Shown here in pieces: positions 44,285 through 54,551 of a DNA stretch of 64,000 nt (positions are counted from its first letter, which is position 1; each line of letters begins with the position of its first letter). The position numbers were made by a program, and so were the translations under genes. The stretch spans positions 224,001-288,000 of the forward strand of contig JAWAKK010000002.1 of the NCBI GenBank assembly GCA_038887515.1, in the 5' to 3' direction. This DNA is from Candidatus Nezhaarchaeales archaeon. Its GTDB lineage: Archaea > Thermoproteota > Methanomethylicia > Nezhaarchaeales > WYZ-LMO8. Below the pieces are notes generated by a model. The model had not been told where the DNA came from. It made no database searches and saw only the letters and a list, made by a program, of their open reading frames with translations.

Positions 44285-45448
44285 GATTAATGGTATTTCG
44301 ATCGGTATTGAAACCCTACTTATGAGGGCTACTAGCTCCTCTGTACCAATGTACTTTATCCTTCCTTCTACCATAGCTTTTTCCCAACACCTAGCTTCGT
44401 CAACGTACTTTAGGGACGAGAAGTTTGCGTAAATTATAGGATTAGCTATGAAATAAGCCGAGAACCTTATTCTCGATATTAGACCCAGCGGGCTTTTTAT
44501 ATATCCGACCGTGCCGTTATAAGCTAATTCAAGTCTTGCACCACTGAAGTATGTGAGATCCACTGGTAGCCACCCGACTCCAGGAAAGAAAACCATGCTC
44601 CAAGCGTGCCATCCGATACCTTTAGACCTATGAATGTAGTTACCTTTGTACGCAGTAACCTCTTCCGATATACTTAATTGAGGTATTCCTCCAAGCTGGA
44701 GGAACGATGGTATTCCAACGGCTCTGCACATAGTTATAAAGAGAATACTACTATCGTCGCAATCGCCAACCCTCTTTTGGAAAGTCTCATTCGGATATTG
44801 TGGACCTATAACATCTCTTACTTCTCGACTTAATGGGTAAGCCACGTTATTCTCTATCCATGTAGCAAAGGCATTCAGAACGTCGAAGACCTTATCAAAG
44901 CTTCCAGCAAGCTCGCGTGAAAGGTCGTAAATTTCACCAGGTATTGGCCATTCATTATTGACGTAGAAGTTCGTAAGCCCTGAAGGTACTTCGTTTAATG
45001 AAGCGTTTCTTATGTTTCCTATTGGTGCCTCGAGACTTACAGTCCTTTGAATTATCGTGACTCTAAAGTATAGAGTTAAAATACTGCCGTTCTTTAGGTC
45101 ATTAGGTGTAAAGTCGAATGCCAGTACTGCATTACCATTCTCATCAGAAGTTAAGGATTTTCGAGCCACCTCTTTGCCGTCGATTAAACATAAGGCTTGT
45201 TCGAGTAATACCGTCTGTCTCGTAGTGTTTGGGAAGATGACGAGCTGGTTTATATCTTTGACGTCACTAACGTCCCCCTGAACTGTGAGTGTTATGTTGT
45301 ACCAGTACCTGTAGTAAGCGAGCACGCTTCTTTCACTTGATACAAGAACTCCTTGGTGAGCGGTGAAGAAGTGTGCTAGGAGGAACACAACGGCTGCAAG
45401 TAGTATGATGTGTTCAATCCTCGATCTCATCTCTTCTTCTTCTCTCAT
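44171..45448 (-). CDS. Membrane-anchored transglutaminase-like (Cys-His-Asp) protein
   Basis: GDCDD..FITMCRAVGIP, HAW, GWLPVDLT; N- and C-terminal hydrophobic helices. Confidence 0.85.
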   Translation of the reverse strand: MREEEEMRSRIEHIILLAAVVFLLAHFFTAHQGVLVSSERSVLAYYRYWYNITLTVQGDVSDVKDINQLVIFPNTTRQTVLLEQALCLIDGKEVARKSLTSDENGNAVLAFDFTPNDLKNGSILTLYFRVTIIQRTVSLEAPIGNIRNASLNEVPSGLTNFYVNNEWPIPGEIYDLSRELAGSFDKVFDVLNAFATWIENNVAYPLSREVRDVIGPQYPNETFQKRVGDCDDSSILFITMCRAVGIPSFLQLGGIPQLSISEEVTAYKGNYIHRSKGIGWHAWSMVFFPGVGWLPVDLTYFSGARLELAYNGTVGYIKSPLGLISRIRFSAYFIANPIIYANFSSLKYVDEARCWEKAMVEGRIKYIGTEELVALISRVSIPIEIPLILACIFLVLVLLTYFKFKAKKVILKETYWITRYVEFVI

Positions 45449-45512
45449 AGATATCCTTAAACCTTTTTCCTCTTCTTCTTTCTCCTAGAGAAGTCGGCTA
45501 CGGTGATAGGTA

Positions 45513-46262
45513 TTGACAGTCAGGGTAGGTTGCTGTGGTTGGGCAGTCAAGGGAGGTATGAGGAAGTATTTTGAAGTATTTGACCTCATAGAGCTACAGT
45601 CAACCTTCTATAAGTTGCCGTCAGCAGAAACCGCTAAGAGATGGCGTGAGGAAGCCCCTTCAAACTTCACTTACACCATGAAGGCGTGGCAGGCATTGAC
45701 TCACCCGCCATCGAGCCCAACATGGAAGAGAAGTGGTCTTAAAATATCGAATGCAGATTACGAAAAGTACGGTCTCCTAAAACCTACAAGTGAGAACTAT
45801 CAAGCTTGGGAAAGAACTATTGAGATAGCTAAAGTATTGAGATGTCAAGTATTAGTACTACAAATGCCTCCATCATTTATCAAGTCTAGCGAAAACGTAC
45901 ACAACATCAGTACTTTCATTAATAGCGTTGAAAGACCTCGAGGATTGGTGGTAGGAATCGAGTTTAGACATGAGAGCTGGGATCCAGATACCATAAAGAA
46001 GTTATGTGAAGAGCTAGATATCATTCATATAGTCGATCCGTTTAAGCAAGTTCTCGCATCAACCTCAAGCCAAGTTATATACTATAGACTTCATGGACTA
46101 GGTAAGAGGGCATACGTGTACGATTACAGTATAGAAGAACTAAAACAACTCTACGAGAAATGGGTCGAGCCCTATAAGGAAGATAAGACGGTCTACGTGC
46201 TATTTAATAACACTAACATGGCTAACGACGCTTTGGACTTCAGGAAGCTGGCGGCTATTTGA
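45513..46262 (+). CDS. DUF72 family protein
   Basis: VGCCGW, ELQSTFY, KAWQALTH, QMPPSF, EFRHESW, YYRLHG, FNN. Confidence 0.92.
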   Translation: MTVRVGCCGWAVKGGMRKYFEVFDLIELQSTFYKLPSAETAKRWREEAPSNFTYTMKAWQALTHPPSSPTWKRSGLKISNADYEKYGLLKPTSENYQAWERTIEIAKVLRCQVLVLQMPPSFIKSSENVHNISTFINSVERPRGLVVGIEFRHESWDPDTIKKLCEELDIIHIVDPFKQVLASTSSQVIYYRLHGLGKRAYVYDYSIEELKQLYEKWVEPYKEDKTVYVLFNNTNMANDALDFRKLAAI

Positions 46263-47622
46263 GGAACTTTTCTTCATAACTCTTTAAGTAGCTAACAGAC
46301 CTCTTAACATCAATGAACATCTCGTAAGCCTGTTTGACATCTTCGGCGGTAACGCTATCTCTCCCCCGGTATTTAGCTAATTCAAGTGATGGTGCGAGGA
46401 GCTGAACTGCATACCTTAAGGAGGTCTCAGCACCTATTCTCATCAATAGTTCCAAAGCATCGTCGCTAAGCTTCACGTTCTCTTCTTTAGCTCTAACCTT
46501 TATAATTTCTCTAACCTCATCTTCGGTATAGGGCTTCATCTTTATGATAAGCAATCTATCTAATATATCAAGAGGAATTCCGTGAGGTGCCTCTACGTCG
46601 GTACCTCTTATTCTAGCTATACCTCTGTTAGTTGCTAAGACTATTATTGGTGCTAGTTCGCTCTCCATAGCCCTGCCGAGGTAAGCAAAGGCTTCTAGGT
46701 CGAGCATGTGTACATCGTCAATAAATAAGACGCCTGGTATTATCTCTGCTCTCCCCTCGTCAACCCACTCCTTAACCATCCTATCGACTTTTTGTCTCTC
46801 TTCAGGCGGAATCTCTTTCTCTTCTCTTCCTCCAAATAAGAGGCTAAATATGCTCGAGCTAGTGCTTCTAGCATAAGCCACGTCGAGTTGATGTAAGGTA
46901 ACTGTGTGGACGAACTCTTTATCCTTAACTATGAGTCCGCTAGGTAGAGGAACTTTTTGTGAGACTTCGATGTCGTATTTAAACTCTGAAGGTGCTTCTT
47001 CGCACCTACCTAGTCTCGTAACGCGCCCGGTCTCTGCATCTATCCATATAACATCCCCAAGTTGTACTCCCTTTGAAACTAACTCTATTGCTACAGACTC
47101 GTCAACGTTGAACGTCCTTTCTTCGACCTTTGTCTTCAACTTAATTCTGGCACCTGTAGGAATCTGTTGATATGGGTTGTAGGGGTGCCTCCCTGTCTTT
47201 ATGTCTAGTTCAGTTACCATGCCTTCATAGACCTTTCTCACTTCTCTGATCCGAACGCCTATCGCCTTCCTAAGAGCTTGCATAATGAACTCGGATTTTT
47301 TTAACTCTGTGGAGTAAACTTCCGAGGCTGATATTGCTAAGAAGGGGACGTCCTCTCCCAACTCTTTAGCTATAGCTGAAGCAAGTGCAGTTTTTCCCGA
47401 GCCAGGAGGACCAACGAGCAGTATGCCTCGCCCAGCCATTTTCCCTCTTTTAACCATGTCCACGACTATAGCTGCAGCCTCTCTAGCCTCAATTTGTCCG
47501 ACCATGCCGTCAGCTACTGGGATAGCCTTACCGTTTCTAACTCCGAGACCTTTTATGTGGCTATGGGCACCTATTCTCTCAAATCCACCAACAGGTACAA
47601 CTCCAGAAGACATACGACTCAA
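46255..47622 (-). CDS. TIP49/RuvB-like AAA+ ATPase
   Basis: RIGAHSHIKGLG, GMVGQ..AREAA, GPPGSGKT, PGVLFIDDVHMLD, ATNRG, HGIPLDILDR. Confidence 0.95.
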   Translation of the reverse strand: MSRMSSGVVPVGGFERIGAHSHIKGLGVRNGKAIPVADGMVGQIEAREAAAIVVDMVKRGKMAGRGILLVGPPGSGKTALASAIAKELGEDVPFLAISASEVYSTELKKSEFIMQALRKAIGVRIREVRKVYEGMVTELDIKTGRHPYNPYQQIPTGARIKLKTKVEERTFNVDESVAIELVSKGVQLGDVIWIDAETGRVTRLGRCEEAPSEFKYDIEVSQKVPLPSGLIVKDKEFVHTVTLHQLDVAYARSTSSSIFSLLFGGREEKEIPPEERQKVDRMVKEWVDEGRAEIIPGVLFIDDVHMLDLEAFAYLGRAMESELAPIIVLATNRGIARIRGTDVEAPHGIPLDILDRLLIIKMKPYTEDEVREIIKVRAKEENVKLSDDALELLMRIGAETSLRYAVQLLAPSLELAKYRGRDSVTAEDVKQAYEMFIDVKRSVSYLKSYEEKFLK

Positions 47623-47653
47623 CCTTCAGGCACCTTTACTTCCTGAAAGTTAT

Positions 47654-48346
47654 TTAGGCGAACTCAGCTAAAATGATATCGAAAGCATCAAAAAGGTTGC
47701 TCACACTTCTCTTAAGCTTTACTCCATTCCTAGCTACATGTATTGCAGGGATACCGACGCTTAAAGGTCCTAAAACATCGGCTTCCACGTTGTCTCCAAT
47801 GAATAATGCTTTAGAAGCACGTGATAGTTTTAAAGCCATCAAATACACTAAAGGGTGAGGTTTGCGGACACCTATTTTAGCTGAGGTCAGTACATTGTCT
47901 ACATAGTTCAGAAGCCCTAGCTTTTCAAGGGAACCGAAAGCCATAGAATGATCAGGAGAATTAGACACCACTACAACGGTGAAACCTAACCCTTTTAGCT
48001 CCTTTAAGAAGGCGATGGCATCGTAATACGCCATTCGCGTTTCCACGTATTGCTTAACGAAGGTTTCCCTAAACTCTTCGAGAAGGCTTGCGTTCGACGT
48101 CAAGACTTTTTCTAGGACAATTTTTAACATAGTCTTTAAGCTAACCTCTATCATTAACTTTTTCTTGATGATCTTCATTCCGTCGTAAACCTTGTTAAAC
48201 TCGCTTTTAAGTTTCATAGCAAGATGATCGCCGAACTTTGACTTCAAGTTTTCACTTTTAAGCGTGTAATCGAAGACCTCCCTAATTCGCGGACCGTAAA
48301 TTAAGGTACCGCCCAAATCGACCAATATGCACGTGGACACAAACAT
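47654..48346 (-). CDS. HAD-superfamily hydrolase
   Basis: VDLGGTL, VSNS, RKPHP, FIGDNVEADV. Confidence 0.88.
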   Translation of the reverse strand: MFVSTCILVDLGGTLIYGPRIREVFDYTLKSENLKSKFGDHLAMKLKSEFNKVYDGMKIIKKKLMIEVSLKTMLKIVLEKVLTSNASLLEEFRETFVKQYVETRMAYYDAIAFLKELKGLGFTVVVVSNSPDHSMAFGSLEKLGLLNYVDNVLTSAKIGVRKPHPLVYLMALKLSRASKALFIGDNVEADVLGPLSVGIPAIHVARNGVKLKRSVSNLFDAFDIILAEFA

Positions 48347-48358
48347 ATCCCTCGTCTT

Positions 48359-48419
48359 TGTCAGCCCTGCGTGGGCTCTTCATTCCATATAGGTCCGCCC
48401 TTTTGAACATCATCATTAA
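48359..48419 (-). ncRNA. Box C/D methylation-guide sRNA
   Basis: C ATGATGA (48416-48410), 12-nt guide, D' CGGA, C' ATGAAGA, 12-nt guide, D CTGA (48364-48361); AT-rich TATA-like element at about 48432-48443. Confidence 0.8.
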
Positions 48420-48482
48420 GTTCCTATCACGTTAAATACTTAAAGCCCATGCTTTAAAGTTTCACTGTAGGGTGTATAGTTC

Positions 48483-49883
48483 TTGCAATTTATTAGGTTT
48501 CTAGGTACTCTTGAGCCTAAATGCGTACTAACAGTAGGCGGTCTCGACCCTACTACATGTGCAGGTGTGTACTCCGACATAAAGACGCTGAGCGTATTGA
48601 AGGTCTTACCCCTAGCCTTAGCAACATGCTTGGTCGTCGAGAACTCTAATGGGGTCAAAGAGATAGTACCGTTACCTCAAGAAGCCATACGCCTTCAACT
48701 TGACGCAATACTTGAAGATTGCATACCTAATGTAGTTAAGATAAGCTTGGTCTATAGTGGTGATGCAGTAGAGGCTCTCCTAGAAAGGCTCCCTAAAGAA
48801 CTACCTATCGTCTTAGATCCGGTGTTAAAGAGTTGGGACGGACGTGACCTAATAACACCTGAAGGGCTTGAGACGCTGGTCAAACGCTTACTTCCAATAT
48901 CTACAGTCGTAACGCCTAACGTCTTGGAGGCAAGTTTATTAAGCAAAGTAGATGTGCGCGATCTAGATACAGCTAAGGAGGCTGCGAGGAAAATAGCTGA
49001 CTTAGGGGCTAAGTGCGTTGTTATTAAGGGTGGCCATTTCCCATCTAAAAAGGTTATTGATATCCTCTATTACCATGGAGAGTTCTTAATCGTAGAGAAG
49101 GAACGTCTCTTCGAAGGTCCATTCCACGGACTAGGTTGTACTTTCTCCGCGGCCCTTGCAGCCTTTCTAGCTCACGGGCTAGACATTACTGATGCGTTTA
49201 TGAAAGCATCGCACTTCACTACCTACGCTATAAGGGGTTACTATAGGCTAAAGGGTAGAGCAAGCTTAGCGAACCCGCTCGAACTATACTACAAGTCTTT
49301 AGATGCGATTAAAGTTGTTGAAGAAGTCTATAGAGCCTTAGAAGTTATAGAGTCAATTAAGGGTATGGACGTCTTGACTCCTGAAGTAGGCATGAATATT
49401 GCCGCATGTCTCCGAAACCCTACGTCGCTTGAAGATGTGTGTGGCGTGGAGGGTAGGTTAAGACCCGTGAGGGGCTTCCTAAGAGCTCATGGATCAATAA
49501 TGTTTGGAGCTTCGAAGCACTTAGGCAGTATGTTGATAGAGGTCAACAAAAAATGGCCAACCATCAAGGCCTGCATTAACATCAAGTACTCTGAGGATGT
49601 ACTTAGGGTTATTAAAGAGTTAGGCTTCAGGGTAGCTTCGTTTGACAGAAGTAAAGAGCCTCAGGAAGTAAAGTCGAGGGAAGGTCTAAGCATGAAGTGG
49701 GGAGCGCAGGAGGCCATAAGGGAGTCGTCCGAGGAACCCGACGTAATATATGACCTAGGCGACGTGGGAAAGGAGCCCATGATAAGGGTCTTCGGAAAAG
49801 ACCCCCTCGACGTTGTTAAGAAGATAGAGTTGATAATCTCTAAACTGGGAGGATCCACATTACAGAAAACCTCTATCAACTAA
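48483..49883 (+). CDS. thiDN: Hydroxymethylpyrimidine/phosphomethylpyrimidine kinase fused to ThiN
   Basis: LTVGGLDP, IVLDPV, VVTPN..EA, IKGGH, HGLGCTFS; ThiN motifs PEVGMNI and GDVGKEPMI. Confidence 0.9.
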   Translation: MQFIRFLGTLEPKCVLTVGGLDPTTCAGVYSDIKTLSVLKVLPLALATCLVVENSNGVKEIVPLPQEAIRLQLDAILEDCIPNVVKISLVYSGDAVEALLERLPKELPIVLDPVLKSWDGRDLITPEGLETLVKRLLPISTVVTPNVLEASLLSKVDVRDLDTAKEAARKIADLGAKCVVIKGGHFPSKKVIDILYYHGEFLIVEKERLFEGPFHGLGCTFSAALAAFLAHGLDITDAFMKASHFTTYAIRGYYRLKGRASLANPLELYYKSLDAIKVVEEVYRALEVIESIKGMDVLTPEVGMNIAACLRNPTSLEDVCGVEGRLRPVRGFLRAHGSIMFGASKHLGSMLIEVNKKWPTIKACINIKYSEDVLRVIKELGFRVASFDRSKEPQEVKSREGLSMKWGAQEAIRESSEEPDVIYDLGDVGKEPMIRVFGKDPLDVVKKIELIISKLGGSTLQKTSIN

Positions 49884-50582
49884 TATCCTCCTTAGGGCTG
49901 GATCTTTGGATGCAAGCCTCATTAATGCCTCTTCAATGCTCTCGTCAGGTTTAACGTCGTACTTCAAGTACACGCCAGTTTTACCTACTTCGTCCCTACG
50001 AGTTAATACTTTAACTCTTTCTTGGACGACATCCAAGCTGACTCCTACTCTACTCGCGGCATAAGCTTCTTTACCTATTATTGGCTCTTCGTAATGTCCC
50101 CTCAACGTAGGCTCTATTAACTTAAGTCTCTTATCTACTCCACACACCCTCTTACCCTCTTTGAGCTCGGCAAGGGTTAATTCGCCTCCGAACTTATAGA
50201 ACTCTCTTTCATGTCGCGTTAGGCTTGTTAAAGGAAACGTTATTATCGTCGCTTCGTCGAGGTACACGTGGGCCTTTACCGCGTGGGCCGGTGTAGCTTG
50301 AGTTAATAGCCGCTTAAAGGGCTTTACTCCCAGCTCGTCTAGGATTATTTCAATGCGGTACGACGGCACCACGTAGGGTACCACGATGTCTATGTCGCTG
50401 GTAGGACTTACATCACCTCTAGCGATGCTGCCATGAACTATTGGACTGAGCCCCAAAGCTTCTACCATCTCCATTACCTTGATGGCCTTACATCTAAGCA
50501 TTGAAAGCAGTTTCCAGTGGTCCCCGCTATAGATTACCTCTATCCTATCTCCAACCCTTACCGGCTTCTTCCTCCTGCTCAC
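49860..50582 (-). CDS. Predicted nucleotidyltransferase (Pol beta superfamily)
   Basis: HGSIARGDV..SDID, EFYKFGG, GVDKRL, RRDEVGKTG; start moved to GTG 50582 to avoid overlap with the divergent gene. Confidence 0.85.
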   Translation of the reverse strand: MSRRKKPVRVGDRIEVIYSGDHWKLLSMLRCKAIKVMEMVEALGLSPIVHGSIARGDVSPTSDIDIVVPYVVPSYRIEIILDELGVKPFKRLLTQATPAHAVKAHVYLDEATIITFPLTSLTRHEREFYKFGGELTLAELKEGKRVCGVDKRLKLIEPTLRGHYEEPIIGKEAYAASRVGVSLDVVQERVKVLTRRDEVGKTGVYLKYDVKPDESIEEALMRLASKDPALRRILVDRGFL

Positions 50583-50634
50583 AATCTTCTCGTAGGTAAG
50601 CAAACTATAATAACGTAACCTCTCACTTCGATAG

Positions 50635-51657
50635 GTGAGTATGCCATTAGGCCAGAGAACGATCATAGAGGTTCCTACGGACTGGCCGCTTATTGGCTGC
50701 ATAGCCTTTGGCGTAATAGATCGAGGCACGAACCTGATACAGGTGAGACCTTCGACTTCCTGCCCTCTATCTTGCATATTTTGCTCTACAGATGCAGGCC
50801 ATCTCTCGAGAAATAGACAGGCCGAGTATGTCGTCGACGTAGATCACATAGTAGAGTGGTTCAAAATAGTGGCTAGGTTTAAAAAATCAAAATTCCTCGA
50901 AGCCCACATTGACACCGTTGGAGATCCATTAACGTACGCTAGGATAGTTGACTTAGTTCATAGGCTATCTGAGATCCCCAGAGTAAAGGTCATATCCCTC
51001 CAAACGCACGGTCTACTTCTATCTTACAAGTTAATAAGCGATTTAGAAGCGGCCGGTCTCTCAAGGATAAATCTGTCCATAGACTCTCTCGATCCACGAT
51101 TAGCAAAAACGTTAGCTGGCACCCAACAATACGACTTAGAACACGTATTAAAGATGGCCGAAATGATATCCGGTAGCAAAATTGACTTACTGATAGCGCC
51201 TGTCTGGATCCCAAACCTTAATGATGAAGAGATACCGAAAATAATAGAATATGCCCTAAAGATTAAGGCTGGCAAACGCTGGCCCCCTCTAGGTATACAG
51301 AAGTACGTAGCCCATAAGTTCGGGAGAAAGCCCAAGGGAGTTAAGCCGATGACTTGGTTCAAGTTTTACAGGGAACTACGTAAACTTGAAGAACGATTTA
51401 AGGTGAAGCTAGTGTTGAAACCAGAGGACTTTGGAATAATCAAAGACGTAAAAATGCCAACGATACTTATGAGAGGCGAAAAGGTGCGACTTCAAGTGGT
51501 AGGTCTTGGATGGCTTAAGGGCGAGAAGCTCGCTATAGAGCCTCGCCGAGAGCGCGTGGTAACTCTCGTAAATGCTTCTTACATTGAAGTAGGATCTAAG
51601 GTGCCTGCTAGGATATTAACTTGTAGAGACAACATTTACGTAGCTGAACCTCTATGA
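50635..51657 (+). CDS. Radical SAM protein with C-terminal TRAM-like domain
   Basis: FGVIDRGTN..QVRP, CPLSCIFC, AHID. Confidence 0.9.
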   Translation: MSMPLGQRTIIEVPTDWPLIGCIAFGVIDRGTNLIQVRPSTSCPLSCIFCSTDAGHLSRNRQAEYVVDVDHIVEWFKIVARFKKSKFLEAHIDTVGDPLTYARIVDLVHRLSEIPRVKVISLQTHGLLLSYKLISDLEAAGLSRINLSIDSLDPRLAKTLAGTQQYDLEHVLKMAEMISGSKIDLLIAPVWIPNLNDEEIPKIIEYALKIKAGKRWPPLGIQKYVAHKFGRKPKGVKPMTWFKFYRELRKLEERFKVKLVLKPEDFGIIKDVKMPTILMRGEKVRLQVVGLGWLKGEKLAIEPRRERVVTLVNASYIEVGSKVPARILTCRDNIYVAEPL

Positions 51658-52109
51658 ACCCAGCTCAAGTAAACGTAACTATAAGGAAAGCCGTACCTGC
51701 CGACTTTGCTCAAATAGTTAGCGTAGAGATCTCAAGTTTTAAGAGACCTTACCCTCCAGAACTGATGTTTTCCTTCCTATGTTTACATAGCGATACGTTC
51801 TATGTTGCTTTAGTAGGCGAAGAAGTTGTGGGGTACGTTGTAGGTGCCGAAAGGAGAGACGGGTGCGGGCACGTGTTGTCAATAGCCGTAAAGCCCGCAT
51901 GGCGGAGAAGGGGTCTAGGCTCTAAGCTGATGGATTCCTTATTAATGGCCTTCAAGGAGAGGGGTCTAAAGAAGGCACTCCTCGAAGTCGCGGTTTCCAA
52001 TACGGAGGCTATAGCCTTCTACGAGCGCTTATGCTTCAAGAAGGTTGCCTTACTTAGAGGCTATTATCCTTGGGGTGAAGACGCCTACTTAATGTCTAAA
52101 GAACTCTGA
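51654..52109 (+). CDS. RimI/Ard1-like N-acetyltransferase
   Basis: HVLSIAVKPAWRRRGLG, LEVAVSN, YY..GEDAYLM. Confidence 0.9.
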   Translation: MNPAQVNVTIRKAVPADFAQIVSVEISSFKRPYPPELMFSFLCLHSDTFYVALVGEEVVGYVVGAERRDGCGHVLSIAVKPAWRRRGLGSKLMDSLLMAFKERGLKKALLEVAVSNTEAIAFYERLCFKKVALLRGYYPWGEDAYLMSKEL

Positions 52110-52169
52110 GGTGCGTTCGCACTAAGCTTATTCCTGTGCTAAACAATAGTCTAATGGGAGTACGCTCAA

Positions 52170-54551
52170 ATGGCCCAAAAGTTGTTGTTTTGGCTTTTGG
52201 ACATTAACTACGACATTGAAGGAAAAACCCCAGTCATCAAGATGTGGGGTATAACCGAGGAAAATAAGCGAGTATTAATAAAGGATTACGGATTTAGACC
52301 ATACTTCTACGTGATCCCGAGAGGCGGCATTGATGTATCGAGGGCAGTTAAAGACATCAAGCTCCTCGAAGATCTATCGGAGCCAATAATATCTATTGAA
52401 GAGGTTGAAAGAAAACGTTTTGGTAGGCAAGTTAAAGCGCTTAAGGTAACGTGTTTGCTACCTCAATCCATCCCTTTGTATAGGGAGAAGATAGCTAAAC
52501 TGGATTGGGTTGAAGAAGTCCTCGAAGCCGACATAAGGTTCTACATGAGGTACATGATAGACAATAGCGTAAACCCCTGCGACTGGCATGAAATCGAGGT
52601 CGAAGAAGAGAGTGGTAGTGCTGACTTTAAGGTCGACGCCGTTTACAAAGCGCTTACGAGACCTCGACCCTACCCAAAAGATGAAATACCAGACCTTAGA
52701 GTGCTGGCTTTTGATATAGAGTGTTACAATAAAGCGGGCTCTCCAGTTCCTCAACGAGATCCAATAATAATAATCTCTCTGAACACGGACGAAGGGACCA
52801 AGGTCTTAACGGCTGAAGGCTACGATGACTCAAAGATAATAAAGGAGTTTGCTGAATTTGTTCAGGCTTACGACCCCGACATAATAGTAGGCTACAACAC
52901 TAACCGCTTCGACTGGCCATATATACAGGCTAGAGCCAAATTACATGGAGTAAGAATTAAGATAGGTCGGAACTTCACCGAGCCACACCAAAGCGTGTAT
53001 GGACATATATCTGTAGCGGGAAGAGCAAACATAGATCTCTACGACTACGCTGAAGAGCTTACGGAAGTTAAGATTAAGACGCTAGAGAACGTGGCGGAGT
53101 ATTTAGGTGTCATGCCAAAAAATGAAAGAGTTCTGATAGACCACTTAGAGATAGCCCAATACTGGGATGATATTTCGAAGCGGAAAGTTCTTATAGAGTA
53201 CGCGGAAGACGATGTTTCATCGACTTACGGCATTGCCATGGAGGTCCTGCCATTCGCCATGCAACTTTCAAGGCTCACAGGTATACCTCTAGATCAAGTG
53301 CTAGCAACATCAGTTGGATTTAGAGTCGAATGGTACTTAATGAGGGTTGCATACAATGAAGGTGAACTCGTACCAAATAGAGTTGAGAGAAAGTACGAGC
53401 CTTATAGAGGAGGTCTAGTTCTAAAGCCTAAGGAAGGTCTTCACGAAAACATAGCTGTACTAGACTTTTCGGCTATGTATCCGCACTTAATGATAAAGTA
53501 CAACATAGGCTTCGACACGTACGTACCCCCTGAAGAGCCATGTGATCCCGATGAATGCTATGTGGCTCCAGAAGTTGGTCACAGGTTTAGGAAGAACCCT
53601 CCTAGTCTTTATAGGAAGGCTATAGAGAGACTACTTGAACTTAGGAGAAATATAAGGGAATGTATGAAAAAGCTCGATGCGAGAGACCCCTGCTACGCGA
53701 TACTCGACAATAGACAAAAGGCCGTTAAGACTATGACCAATGCTATGTACGGATACTTGGGTTGGACGGGAGCTAGATTCTACTTAAAGCCTTGTGCCGA
53801 AGCAACTGCGGCCTATGGTAGACAAACGATAATGAAGACAATAAAGATGGCAAGGGATACGGGTCTTCAAGTAATATACGGGGATACTGACAGCATATTC
53901 GTAAAGTACGAGGAAGATAAGATCAAGGCTTTCATAGAAAAGGTCGAGAAGGAGCTGGGCCTAGAGATAAAGTTAGAGAAAGTGTACAAGGTATGCTTCT
54001 TTACGGAGGCTGCTAAGAAGTACGCTGGCTTAACGATCGATGGCAGGGTAGATCTTGTAGGCTTTGAAGCCGTTAGGGGTGACTGGTGCGAGCTAGCACA
54101 AGAAGTTCAGTCTAAGGTTTTAGAGATAATACTTACTAAGAAGGATGTTCAAGCAGCGGTAAACTACATTAAAGACATTATAAACAAAGTTCGAGCTGGG
54201 AAGGTTGACATAAAGAGCCTAGTAATATGGAAGACACTATCGAAGTCAATGGACGAGTACGAGGTTGAAGCAGCCCACGTCCAAGCTGCTAAGCAACTGT
54301 TGGCTGCGGGCTTTAAGCTTGAAATAGGAGACAAGGTTGGGTTCGTAGTAGTTCAAGGTTCTTCCGAAAAGGTATCAGAGAGGGTCAAGCCCTACGTGTT
54401 CGCTACAATGGACGAGATAGATAAGGAGTACTACGTAAGGAAGCAGATATTGGCGCTCGCTATGAGGATACTAAAGTACTTTGGAGTAAGTGAAGAGCAG
54501 ATACTTTCAGGAAGTAAGCAAGCTTCACTATTCGACTTTCTTAGGAAATAG
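52170..54551 (+). CDS. polB: Family B DNA polymerase (PolB3-like) with C-terminal PIP box
   Basis: Exo I FDIE, Exo II FDWPY, DFSAMYP, K...NAMYG, YGDTDS, C-terminal QASLFDF; no intein seen. Confidence 0.96.
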   Translation: MAQKLLFWLLDINYDIEGKTPVIKMWGITEENKRVLIKDYGFRPYFYVIPRGGIDVSRAVKDIKLLEDLSEPIISIEEVERKRFGRQVKALKVTCLLPQSIPLYREKIAKLDWVEEVLEADIRFYMRYMIDNSVNPCDWHEIEVEEESGSADFKVDAVYKALTRPRPYPKDEIPDLRVLAFDIECYNKAGSPVPQRDPIIIISLNTDEGTKVLTAEGYDDSKIIKEFAEFVQAYDPDIIVGYNTNRFDWPYIQARAKLHGVRIKIGRNFTEPHQSVYGHISVAGRANIDLYDYAEELTEVKIKTLENVAEYLGVMPKNERVLIDHLEIAQYWDDISKRKVLIEYAEDDVSSTYGIAMEVLPFAMQLSRLTGIPLDQVLATSVGFRVEWYLMRVAYNEGELVPNRVERKYEPYRGGLVLKPKEGLHENIAVLDFSAMYPHLMIKYNIGFDTYVPPEEPCDPDECYVAPEVGHRFRKNPPSLYRKAIERLLELRRNIRECMKKLDARDPCYAILDNRQKAVKTMTNAMYGYLGWTGARFYLKPCAEATAAYGRQTIMKTIKMARDTGLQVIYGDTDSIFVKYEEDKIKAFIEKVEKELGLEIKLEKVYKVCFFTEAAKKYAGLTIDGRVDLVGFEAVRGDWCELAQEVQSKVLEIILTKKDVQAAVNYIKDIINKVRAGKVDIKSLVIWKTLSKSMDEYEVEAAHVQAAKQLLAAGFKLEIGDKVGFVVVQGSSEKVSERVKPYVFATMDEIDKEYYVRKQILALAMRILKYFGVSEEQILSGSKQASLFDFLRK

